Notes under the pieces: model-generated
Database searches by the model: none
Seen by the model: only the letters and a program-made list of their open reading frames with translations
Told to the model about the DNA's origin: nothing
Source of the DNA: an uncultured Acidobacteriota bacterium
Lineage (GTDB): Bacteria > Acidobacteriota > UBA6911
Direction: 5' to 3'
Assembly (NCBI GenBank): GCA_963827655.1
Contig: CAWHCF010000032.1
Coordinates: forward strand, 32,001-96,000
Length of the DNA: 64,000 nt
Position numbers and translations under genes: made by a program
Part shown: piece after piece, positions 30,517-41,187 of the stretch
Layout: every line of letters begins with the position of its first letter
Position numbering within the stretch: the first letter of the stretch is position 1

Positions 30517-30882
30517 TCAGGCGGTGCGCGGGCTCAGAAGCCGCTTCTGCCGCGCCACCGCGACCACTGCCGCCACGCGCTCGGCTTCGGCGCGGGCCAC
30601 GTCGCGGCCGAATGAGGTTAGCCGGTAATAACGCCGCCGCTCGTCGTCCAGGGCACGAGCCGGCCGGCGGCCGGATTCTTCGATCAGTCCATCGGCCAGC
30701 AGGCGCTTGACGATCCCGTAGAGCGTTCCGGTGCTGAGCCGGACTTTGCCGTCCGTCAGATGCTCGACCTCCTTGATGACCGCGTAGCCGTGTTTTTCGC
30801 CATCCACCAGCGCCAGCAGGGTATGGAACATTGCCGGGGTGAGCGGCAGGAGAATGTGCGGGTCGCGCCTTGCCGTTGTCAT
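30517..30882 (-). CDS. PadR family transcriptional regulator
   Basis: LLALVDGEKHGYAV, GTLYG...RL, RRRYYRLT..GR; directly upstream of the ADOP permease. Confidence 0.92.
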   Translation of the reverse strand: MTTARRDPHILLPLTPAMFHTLLALVDGEKHGYAVIKEVEHLTDGKVRLSTGTLYGIVKRLLADGLIEESGRRPARALDDERRRYYRLTSFGRDVARAEAERVAAVVAVARQKRLLSPRTA

Positions 30883-30926
30883 TGTTGCCTCCTGAACCGG
30901 GCCCATTGAGTCGCGCGGCGAGCCTC

Positions 30927-30967
30927 TATCGCGAGTCACAATACATCGCGTCACGACTTATTGTCAA
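30927..30967 (-). promoter_or_regulatory. padR promoter with overlapping imperfect palindromes (putative PadR operators)
   Basis: Minus strand TTGACA-18 bp-TATTGT; palindromes ATAagTCGtGACgCGAtgTAT and TATtGtGACTCgCgATA. Confidence 0.55.
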
Positions 30968-30990
30968 GATCACCGGTTGCCCGCGGGTTT

Positions 30991-31106
30991 GGAGGGGCGG
31001 GAAGCGCTCGCTGGACAAGCCGGCGGGCTGTGCAAGCCCCGTCAAGCTCGGCAGAGCCGCGTAGGTAACAGGGCCTAAGGCCCGGCAGGGAATAGCCCCG
31101 CCCTCA
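30991..31106 (+). ncRNA. Putative structured RNA, family not recognised
   Basis: Closing stem GAGGGGCGGG/CCCGCCCTC encloses hairpins GGGCT-GTGCA-AGCCC, GCTC-GGCA-GAGC (GNRA loop) and GGGCC-TAA-GGCCC. Confidence 0.4.
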
Positions 31107-31131
31107 CGATACGTAACTACCATCATTACCG

Positions 31132-32203
31132 TCACCGCTGCCGGGATTCTTCCAGCAGCGCCGCCAGATGCTGCTGCCAGAGCTGGGGCCAGGAATGGGT
31201 GCCGTGACCGCGCGTCTGATCGCTGATGGGGATCAGGACGAACCGCCCGCGCGTTCACTCGTTTGATTTCCCGCTCGACAATACCCAATTCGGGCGGATT
31301 GACCTGATCGTCGGCGGAATTGATGGCCACGAGCGGGGCCTGAATCTTCTCCAGGTTCGGCGCCGGATCGTAGTCGCGCGATGCGTCAAAGTAGTAGAGC
31401 ATGTCGTTGGCATCGGTTCGCGCCAGCTGCGCGCGCACCTGGTCGTCAAACAACCGGTCCGCCGCCAGGCGCGTCGGCGCCTGCTTCTGCAGTTGCAGCG
31501 GGCTGCTGGTCATGAAGGTCAAGGCATAGACGGCCGCGGTGAGACCTCGCGGCTGCGTCTGGTATTCCCCGTTGTTCCATTCCGGATCGTCGCGGATGGA
31601 ATCGAGGATCATCCGCCGAATCATCCGGTTTCGGCCCGAGATCTGAATGGGCAGGCAGGCCAAGGGCATGAGGGCATCCATGAACTCAGGATACTTTTGA
31701 CCCCAGAGCCATGTGTGCATACCGCCCATCGAAGTGCCCATCACCAACCTCAGATGATTGACGCCGAGCCCTTCGGTCAAAAGCCGGTGCTGCGCCACGA
31801 CCATGTCGTTGTAGTTGTAGTGGGGAAACCGGGCGCGAAGGCCGTCGCTGGGCTTGCTCGACTGGCCGTGCCCAACGTTGTCGGGAAGGATGATGAAGTG
31901 CCTGGCCGCGTCCAGGAGCTGCCCGGGACCAAAGAGGACACCGCCAAACTGCGCGGAGAGAAAGCCGCGTCCGCTGCCCCCGGTGCCGTGGAGGATCAGT
32001 ACTGCATTCCGCACTACCCCTCCCGCATCCCGGCGCGGCGTCCCGAGCGTGCGGTAATGAAGCTTCAATTCGGGCAGTTCCTCACCGCTCTCAAAGCGAA
32101 AGCCGCGAATTGTGAAATCTCCTTCGACGGGAATTGGCTCCTGCGGCGCGGTGGCGAAGGCGCGCGCGCTCAGCAGAACTAACAGCGACACCAGTGTTTT
32201 CAT
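31132..32203 (-). CDS. Secreted alpha/beta hydrolase (homoserine acetyltransferase-like); frameshift near 31250
   Basis: FRFESGE.LPEL.LHYRTLG, HGTGG, GTSMGG nucleophile elbow, SADD; RGHGTHS is in the shifted frame. Confidence 0.85.
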
Positions 32204-32688
32204 GATCGAATACCCACGCTCAGTTACCATTTTTGGCACTCATTGTTGGATGAACCGTTCCCCGCGAATCGCAGGCCTAACAGAATTTGCTCATCAGGGT
32301 ATTGCGAAGCCTCCTGTGGCGGCGGGTCATCAGACCCGTCGCAAGTAACGTAATGCGGGAGGATTTAGCTTTAAAAGTTCATTTGTGCCACTGGGGGGCC
32401 GGACGGGCTTGATAGCCCGTCCGCACATGTATCGAGTCGTCTTGCGACAGCCTCTGATGACCCGCGCCACAGACTCAATTCTTCCACAGCTTGTGAGGTC
32501 GAAGAACAACAAACGCAGACCCTGAGCGCCGTGGGCGCGCCTTCGCCTCCCGGAACAACGGGGTCGCGCTATCATTCGCTCTGGGCTCAATCCAAGATGC
32601 ATGTAAGATTCAGATGCTAGTATCGAGATGTTTCAATGACAAGCCTTAGCTCGGACTTTGACTCGACGTTGTCGAAAGGGAGGTGCGC

Positions 32689-33141
32689 ATGCGCTCAATG
32701 GCGAAGGCGGCGGCGAACAGCCGAATCGTCTGGATGTCGATCGGATTCGGATTGGCCCTGACTCTGGGGCTGATAGCCCAGTCGGTCACGGAAGGAACGC
32801 GGTACATCAGCAGCGGCGGCACGCAGCTCCGCCTGTTGCTCGATGCGGCCAGCCTCGGCGGGACAGAAGTTGAACTGGGCGAGATAACTTTCCCTCCCGG
32901 CACTAACACGGAAGAGCATGTTCACGGCGCGGTTGAAATCTTCTACGTCTTGTCGGGAGAGCTCGAGCATGAGGTCAACGGCAAGACCCATGTACTGAAG
33001 CAGGGGATGGCCGGTTTTGTCCGTCCTCCTGATAAGGTGCGCCATCGCGTTCGTGCGGACAGTCCCGCGAAGGCGCTCGTTATCTGGGCTCCGGGCGGCG
33101 AAGCAGCCCGTATCACGAGCCGGTGGCGCCGCGCAGAATGA
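32689..33141 (+). CDS. Secreted cupin domain protein
   Basis: HVHGAVEIFYVLSGE ... PPDKVRH cupin motifs; N-terminal hydrophobic segment. Confidence 0.85.
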   Translation: MRSMAKAAANSRIVWMSIGFGLALTLGLIAQSVTEGTRYISSGGTQLRLLLDAASLGGTEVELGEITFPPGTNTEEHVHGAVEIFYVLSGELEHEVNGKTHVLKQGMAGFVRPPDKVRHRVRADSPAKALVIWAPGGEAARITSRWRRAE

Positions 33142-33478
33142 CGCTTTGCGGCTGCTCGAGGCGGTTTGGACGGACTCGCGGGCCGTCGTTCTGAAAGCCG
33201 TCTCTATTGCTTTGCAATGATCAGGTCTTTGATCTTGTCGTGGGTGGCCTGAGAAATGACCTTCCTGCCGGTCGGGTCGCCTTGCGCCTGTAGGGGCGGT
33301 GCTTGATGATCGCATCGGCATACGCCGTAAAAACCTTTGCGCTCTAAGGCACCGCCGCGATAAAAAGGCGTATAACCATTTGCAGCGGGAGAATCGGAAT
33401 TCTGGCCGCTACCCGTCCGCGGCTGCCTCGGGTGGCGCCCAACCGCTTGCTGTTCAAAAACCCGGAGGAAGTCCTTTG

Positions 33479-36400
33479 ATGCTTAAACGGTCGCTTCACG
33501 CCGCGCTTCTGGCTGCGGCAGTCGTCACTGCGCCGGGCCTCGCCTCGGCCCAGACCAAGCTGCTGCACTTTCCCGACATCCACGGCGACAAGGCCGTCTT
33601 TACCTACGGCGGCGATTTGTGGATTGCTCCCGCCTCAGGCGGGACCGCGATCCGATTGACCGCTCATCCCGGGGTTGAGGTCTTCGGCAGGTTTTCGCCT
33701 GACGGAAAGTGGATCGCTTTCACCGGGCAATACGACGGCGACGAGCAGGTCTACGTCATACCCGCGACCGGGGGTGAGCCGAAGCAGCTCACGTTCTACC
33801 CGGCGCGCGGTCCGCTTACGCCGCGCTGGGGTTATGACAATCAGGTGTACGGATGGACCAACGACGGCAAGGCCGTCATCTTTCGCTCGCTGCGAGATTC
33901 GTGGGCGCTGCCGATCGCGCGGCTTTACACCGTGGCCGCAACCGGTGGCCCGGCCGAGCCCCTCCCGATGCCTGAAGCGGGCTCGGGCGCCTTTTCACCG
34001 GATGGCTCGAAGATCGTCTATTCGCCTCAATCGCGCGACTTCAGATCCGAGAAGCGCTACGCCGGCGGGCAGGCAAACCAGCTCTACATCTTCGATCTCA
34101 AGACGCTGGAAACGAAACGCATCAGCGACAGCCCGCATCCCAGCCGCGACCCCATGTGGATCGGCAACACGATCTACTTCAACTCGGATCGCGACGGCCG
34201 CTTCAATCTTTACGCCTACGATGTCGCGGGCGGCAAAACCACGCCGGTAACCCGGCACGACCCCTGGGATGTCCGGTGGCCGAGCGCCGGCCCGGACGGC
34301 CGTATTATTTACGAGCTCGACGGCGAACTTCACGTATTCGACACCAGGACCAGGAAGGACGCGGCGATCTCCATTGCCGTTCCCGACGACGGGCTGGCGC
34401 GCAGGGCGAGCCGCATTTCAGTCGTCGAATTTCATGGAGGATTTTTCACTGAGCCCGAAGGGCGAGCGGGTCCTCTTCTGTGCTCGCGGCGAGATCTTTA
34501 CTGCGCCGGTCGAAAAGGGCCCGACCCGTAACCTCACGCACTCATCGGGCGCGCACGACAAGTGGCCGCGCTGGTCGCCCGATGGTTCGCGAATCGCTTT
34601 CATTTCAGACAAGAGCGGGGAAGAAGAGGTCTGGGTGGTCGCCCAGGACGGATCGACCCCTCCCGAACAGTTGACCAGCGGCGGCAAGGCGATGCGCTAC
34701 GCTCCCGAGTGGGCGCCTGATGGCAAGCGCATAGCCTTCGGCGACAAGGACGGAAAGGTGCTTGTCCTGACCGTGGCCGAGCGCACGCCCATCGAGATTG
34801 TCGATTCTCCCCGGGGCCAGATTCGCGACTACGCGTGGTCGCCGCGCGGCAACCACCTGGCATTCAGCATGGCCGAACGATACCGGCTTCCGTTCGATCT
34901 ACATCTGGAGCGCGGGCGATGGCCAGCTTCGCAGAGTAACCGATGAACTGTTCAATGCCGGCAATCCGGCCTGGGACCCGCAGGGGAATTATCTCTACTA
35001 CTTGAGCGACCGCGAGTACGCGCCGCAGATTTCATCGATCGAGTTCAACTATGCGTTGAACCGATCGACCGGCATCTTTGCGCTTGCGCTGCGCCGGGAC
35101 GTCAAGAGTCCCTTTCCGCCGGAGAGCGATGAGGTGACCGTGACCAAGGACGACTCGGACCCGCCCAAGGAGCCGGAGAAGAAGGAACCCGCGCCCAAGC
35201 CGGGCGCGGACCTGGCGATCGATTTCGACGGCCTGGGCTCGCGAGTGGCCCGAGTTCCGCTCGAAGCAAGCAACTATGGCGGCCTTGCGGTGAAGAACGG
35301 GCATCTTCTGTACGGAGTCAGGCCTGCGTTCTACTACGGACGGCAAGGCGAACGGCCGCAGTCGCTGCGCATTTACGCGATCAAGGAGCGCAAGGAGACC
35401 ACGCTCGCCGAAGACGTCAGCGGATTCGCGCTTTCACACGACGGCTCGAAGGTGCTGGTCGCGGGTAGGGAGAGGAGCTTCAGCATATACGAAGCCACGC
35501 CCCAGGGGGAACGGACCAAGAAGCCGGTTTCGACCGCGGGACTCGCCATTGACCGCGTGCCCGCCGAAGAATGGAACCAGATTTTCAACGAGGTATGGCG
35601 GCGTTATCGCGACTTTTTCTACGTTGCCAACATGCACGGCTACGACTGGGAGGCCTTGCGCGAGCAGTATCGTCCGCAGCTCAAGCACGTCGCACACCGT
35701 TCGGACCTGAACTACGTCATTGCCGAGATGATCTCGGAGCTGACTGTGCAGCACGCCTACGTCGAAGGGGGTGACTTCCAGATTCCACCGCGTCCCCGCG
35801 TGGCCCTGCCCGGCGCCAGGTTCGAGCTCGATCGGAAAGCCGGCCGCTTCAAGATAAAGAAGATCTTCGAAGGACAGAACGAAGAAGAGATCTATCGCTC
35901 GCCGCTCACCGAGATCGGGGTGGATGTGGCAGCCGGCGACTATGTGCTCGCCATCAACGGCGAAGAACTGACCGCGAACGACGACCCTTATCGATTGCTC
36001 AGAAACCGCGCCGACGGTCCGGTTCAGTTGACCGTAAACAAACAGCCGGACCCGACCGGCGCGCGGACCGTGTCTTACCGGCCGATCACGGACGAAACCA
36101 GCCTGATCTATCTGGACTGGGTGAATCGCAACCGCCGGAAGGTTGCGGAGATGACCGGCGGACGCGTCGGCTACATCCATATCCCGGACATGGGAGCGGC
36201 AGGCCTGCGTGAGTTCATCAAGTGCGTATTACGGTCAGATCACCAGGGAAGGCCTGGTCGTCGATGTGCGGGCAAACGGCGGCGGGAATGTCTCGCAAAT
36301 GCTGATCGAGCGTCTGCGGCGGAAGGTGCTCGCGCTCAACTATTCCCGTAACGTGGACGAAGCGAATACCTATCCGGGCGGTGTCTTCGTCGGACCGATG

Positions 36401-36793
36401 GCGGCGATCCTCAACCAGAATTCCGCATCGGACGGCGATATCTTCCCGGCCATGTTTCGCGAAGCCGGTCTCGGGCCGCTGATCGGGAAGCGTTCGTGGG
36501 GCGGCGTCATCGGCATCGGCAATCGCGGCACGCTCATCGACGGCGGAAACATCTTCGTGCCCGAGTCAGCGTTCGCAAATGCCAGGGGAGAGTGGATCAT
36601 CGAAGGTTATGGCGTCGATCCCGACATCGAGGTCGAGAATGATCCGAAGTCCGAGATCGAAGGGCGGGACCCGCAGCTCGAACGGGCGGTCGCCGAGGTG
36701 ATGAAGAAGCTGAAGGAGAAACCGGTGAAGCTGCCGCCTCGCCCGGCAGCGCCGGTGAAAACCCCTGATACCAGGATGCGCAATTCTCACTGA
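33479..36793 (+). CDS. Tricorn protease-like S41 peptidase (PD40 propellers, PDZ); frameshifts near 34425, 34875 and 36225
   Basis: [10 protein letters not shown] repeats, [51 protein letters not shown] spread over four consecutive ORFs. Confidence 0.9.
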
Positions 36794-37225
36794 GGCTGAG
36801 CAGAAGCGCTGAGCTACCAACAGTCGAGGTCGGCGGGTCATGCCTTACAATTTCACAACACCTCGTGTCGACCTTAAGCGGTCGAGAATGTATCCAACGG
36901 GATAGCCCGACTATCTGATCGGACAGAACCCGGCCGGTCCCGAGCGCAAGAGGCCAGCGCGCGGCAATAAATCTCTATTCGAGGCCATCTCTTGTCTGGC
37001 CGGCAGTTCCGGCGAATGAGTACCCGGCTGTACGTTCGAGGCTTGCGTGCTGGCGCAGCGATTGCATTCTCCGGAGTAGCTCAACGCTTTTCAAAACTGT
37101 TGAGCCGGATTGAACCTGAGTAGAGGGTGGGGGGAGTGGCCAATTGATCGCCAGACAAATTCCACCAAACTAACACCGTCAACCCGCGAGCTCCCTCGGG
37201 CTAACGACGCCTGGGGAGGGTTTCG

Positions 37226-38299
37226 ATGCCCGGCATCTTCATCAGCTATCGGCGGGAAGACAGCGCAGGTCACGCGGGCCGCCTGTTCGACCGGCTGGGC
37301 GCGAAGTTCGGTCGTGAACGTGTCTTCATGGATGTCAGCGCGATCGAAGTAGGCCTGGACTTCGTCGATACCATCGAGCGCGCGATCGGATCGTGCGACG
37401 TCCTGCTCGCCGTCATCGGCCGAGAGTGGGCGACCTGCAAGGACCAGTCGGGACGCCGCCGCCTCGACGATCCCAACGACTTCATCCGTCTCGAGATCGC
37501 CACCGCGTTGAGTCGCAACGTCCGGGTTATTCCCGTCCTCGTCCAGGGCACACCGGTACCGGACGCCGACACGCTGCCGCCCGACTTGAAGCGCCTGACG
37601 CGGCGGCAAACCGCCGAACTGCGCGACACCCGATGGGGCGCCGACGTCGACAACCTCATCGTCGCCCTGGAGCCCACGCTTGCCGTACCGCCTCACGTGC
37701 CCGCTGGCGTCCCCTCGGAACGATCGACAGGTCAACCGGCGCCAGTGTTCTCGGAATCGCCCTTTCCGTTAGATTTACAGGTTCCAAGACGATCCACGCG
37801 TCGATGGCCGCTGGCGGGAGGCGCCATCGTGCTTCTGTCTACAGCAGCACTGCTACGGTTCGGTACCGGCACCCTTGAGATCGCTTCTTCGGGCCCAACG
37901 GCGACACAAATCCCGGTTTCGGCAGCTACGCCAACGGCGGACCCGGCGCCCGGCACGGTCGTTCGGCAGGCACCCGCCACGGGGGCCGAGCTCCGCGCTG
38001 ACTCGCGGCCCGTCGCGATCGTCTTGGCTGAAAGACCCACTCCACCGGCCGACACCAGGGTCGCCGTGCCGAGGGTCGTGGGTAAGCCGCTCGACCGGGC
38101 GTTCGAGGAAATCCGCAAGGCGGGTCTCGCCATTGGCTTGCAGCAAGCCAAGTCGAAGCGGGGAGCGGCTCGATTCGAAGTCCTCAGCCAGACGCCGTCC
38201 GGTGGCACTCGAGCTGCTCGAGGGACTCGGATCGACGTCGTCTACGCCCGGCCCGCGGCCAAAGGATTCGCCCGGTGGTTCGGTCGATTGGGAGGGTGA
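37226..38299 (+). CDS. TIR - transmembrane - PASTA domain protein
   Basis: IFISYRRED...DFIRLEIATAL TIR; hydrophobic WPLAGGAIVLLSTAALL; PASTA VAVPRVVGKPL..A...IRKAGL...VLSQTPSGGT..ARGT.IDVV. Confidence 0.85.
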   Translation: MPGIFISYRREDSAGHAGRLFDRLGAKFGRERVFMDVSAIEVGLDFVDTIERAIGSCDVLLAVIGREWATCKDQSGRRRLDDPNDFIRLEIATALSRNVRVIPVLVQGTPVPDADTLPPDLKRLTRRQTAELRDTRWGADVDNLIVALEPTLAVPPHVPAGVPSERSTGQPAPVFSESPFPLDLQVPRRSTRRWPLAGGAIVLLSTAALLRFGTGTLEIASSGPTATQIPVSAATPTADPAPGTVVRQAPATGAELRADSRPVAIVLAERPTPPADTRVAVPRVVGKPLDRAFEEIRKAGLAIGLQQAKSKRGAARFEVLSQTPSGGTRAARGTRIDVVYARPAAKGFARWFGRLGG

Positions 38300-38426
38300 A
38301 CAAGGTCTCCTTTTCCGCACACTTCCCCTTCAGTGCAAGAAGAGGCCGTAGTTGCTCCTGGAGTCTCCCTCCTGGGAAGGCAATTCCGACTGAGCGTGAT
38401 GAGGAGCCTGAACTCCAGCGTGGATG

Positions 38427-40107
38427 TTACCAGCCCAAAGCGCACCCATCTTTGCGGGGGTCCGATCCTCCGAACAAGGCTCCGGTCCTGGGATCGATCA
38501 TGATCGCCTGATAGCCGCCGAACATCCCGGGCGAGGAAACCATGCGATGGCCTTTGGCTTCCAGCCCGCGCAGCACGTCTTGCCCGATAGACGATTCCAG
38601 TGCGAGCCCGCTTTCGAAATGCCGGAAGCGCGGCTGCTCACCCGCGCGCTGCACGTCCATTCCGTAATCGATGAGGTTGAGCAGAACCTGCACGTGGCCC
38701 TGGGTCTGCATATCGCCGCCCATAACGCCAAAAGTTACCCAGGGCTTGCCGTCGCGAAAGACCATCGCAGGCACCAGCGTGTGGAATGGGCGTTTGCCGC
38801 CTTCGAGCCGGTTGGGATGGTTGGGGTCGAAGGAAAAGCCGGCGCCTCGATTGTGCAGCACGATGCCCGTGTCCCCGGCTACCAGGCCGGATCCGAAAGC
38901 GCTGAAGATGCTTTGAATGAACGAAACCACGTTACGGTCCTTGTCCACGACCGTCAGGTAGACAGTGTCTTCGCCGCCCCGCGGACCCGATGTGGATTCG
39001 CCAACCGTTCGGCTTCGATCAATCCGTTTGCGCAATCCGGCTGCGTACTCTTTCGAGAGCAGCTGAGCAAGAGGCGCCTGGTAGAAAGCCGGGTCCGCGA
39101 TGTGTCGCGCGCGATCGGCGAAAGCCAGCTTTTTGGCTTCGACCAGAAGGTGCAAGTATTCGGTCGAGTTGTGGCCGAGTACACGCACGTCAAAGCCTTC
39201 CAGAAGGTTGAGCCAGAGCAGCGCGGTCAGCCCCTGGGTATTGGGCGGCATTTCATAAACCACGTTGCCGCGATAGGTAGTGCTGATGGGCTCGACCCAG
39301 TTGGAGCTGTGTTCGGCAAAATCGCCCATCGCGTGAAACCCGCCCTGACTCCTGGCAAACTTCACTATCTTTTCTGCAATCTCCCCCTGGTAGAAAACGT
39401 CGCGCCCGCCGGCGGCGATCTTCTTGAGCGTCTCAGCCAGATTCTTGTTGGTGAAGATCTCTCCGGGGCCGGGTGGCTGACCCTTGGGCTTGAAGGTCCT
39501 GGCAAAATCGGTGTCATCGGGGAGCATTTGCACCAGCTTCCAGTCATGACGCGATGACATCCGTGACCGGGAAACCACGTTCGGCATATTCAATTGCAGG
39601 CTGCAATACCTGTGCCAGCGTCATGGTGCCGAAGCGTTCCATCAGTTTCGCCCAGCCATCCACAGCGCCCGGCACCGTGACGGCGTGAATGCCACTCTCC
39701 GGCATCCGATCGAAGCTGCGCTTTTTCAACTCATCGATGCTTGCGGCTTTGGGCGCGCGTCCGCTGGCGTTCAGGGCTTTCAGCTCTTTTTTCTTCGCAT
39801 CCCATATCATCGCGAACAGATCGCCGCCGGGACTCACCATCATCGGCTCGACCACGCACAGCACCGCCGCCGCCGCCACTGCGGCATCAATCGCGTTGCC
39901 GCCCTGCTGCAAGATGCGCAGACCGGCGGCCGATGCCAGGGGCTGGCTGGTTGCGATCATCCCGTTCATCGCGCGCACGGCAGAACGGGTTCGGCCGCCG
40001 CCGGGACCGGGTTTATCACCGACAGGTTGTTGTGATTCGACAGGAAGTGCGGACGAGAGGATCATCGAGATTGTCAAAGAGGCAAGTGTGAGTTTTGCGT
40101 CTGGCAT
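38427..40107 (-). CDS. ggt: Gamma-glutamyltransferase; frameshift near 39553
   Basis: GGNAIDAAVAAAA, EPMM..PGGD, DTVYL nucleophile Thr, GKRPFHTLVP, GVMGGDMQ, GGSDPRKDG. Confidence 0.92.
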
Positions 40108-40182
40108 CGTTTTTTATCTGATCCCATTGGCGAAGCGATCACGACACGGTAGGCTGAACCAAGGCTGCGCCGCCCACGCCGG

Positions 40183-41078
40183 CTAGCGGGGCGAAAACTT
40201 CTGGGCGCGCCAGTTCTTGATCTCGGCCACGTAAATGCTGCCGCTGCGGCCCACCGTGAGATGGTGCGCGTAATCCAATTGACCGGGCAGCCTGCCGGGT
40301 TCCGCGACCGAGCCCAGGATCTGACCTTCAGGATTCAGCTTGAGAATCCGGTTGTTGTACCCATCGCACATGAAAATCGATTGGTCGTCGGTGATGTAGA
40401 GGCCCCAGGGCGAGCCGACGTGCTTCCACTGATTGAGGAATTTGCCCTCGGCGTCGAAGATCTGGATGCGGCGGTTTTCGCGATCCCCCACGTAAACACG
40501 CCCCTGCTTGTCGACGGCCACCGAGTGGACCAGGTTGAATTCACCCTCGCCGGTTCCTTTCTTGCCCCAGGCCTTGAGGAACTTCCCGTCTTTGGAAAAC
40601 TTCACCACCCGGGAGTTCCCGTAGCCGTCGGAGACGTAGAAATCTCCGTTAGCTGCAAACGCGATGTCGGTGGGCCGGTTGAAAGTATCCGGGGTTTCGC
40701 CGGGGAGCTCTTCCGACCGAGCACCATGCGAACGCGGCCTGCGGAATCCATCTTGACCACGAAGTGGCCGCCGTCATCGATGGCCCAGAGGTTTCCTTCA
40801 GGGTCGAAGCGGACCCCGTGCGGCCGCACAAAAACACGCTCGCCGAAAGAGCGGATCATCTTGCCATCACGATCGAATTCGATGATGGCGTGCTCGCCCC
40901 GGCTGAACACGAACACGTGCTCGTTGCGGTCCGCAGCAATACCGGGAGTCTCCTGAAGGATCCAGCCGGCAGGCAGCTGGGGCCAGTTGGGATCGACCTT
41001 GAAGTTCAGCGTGGGGATGGACTGGGCCAGTGCGCAGGAGGCAAACATGGCAAACAGACACAACGTACGCGATCGCAT
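40183..41078 (-). CDS. Secreted NHL-repeat (PAL-like) beta-propeller; frameshift near 40700
   Basis: VDPNWPQLP, PHGVRFDPEGNLW, SDGYGNSR, GEFNLVHSVAVD, VGDRENRRIQIFD. Confidence 0.85.
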
Positions 41079-41187
41079 CAGATTCTCCTCAACGGGCGGT
41101 TTCGCAAGAATACCACTTTCGCCTGGAGACCCATGCAACCCCGACCGGCAATCGGACAGTATCCCGCAAACGTTAGAACGTGAGCGA

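Noticed and set aside
27864-30882. PadR plus duplicated permease as a new system
   Set aside because: Already described as the expanded acidobacterial ADOP/PadR pairing
30991-31106. Assignment to SRP RNA, tRNA-Sec, twister or twister-sister ribozyme, or a known riboswitch
   Set aside because: Required consensus elements (SRP CAGG/AGCAG loop, T-arm GTTC, twister UAA/GAG pairing register) could not be fitted
26102-38299. The two TIR genes as a Thoeris system
   Set aside because: They are 10 kb apart and no ThsA-like SIR2, Macro or SLOG effector lies next to either
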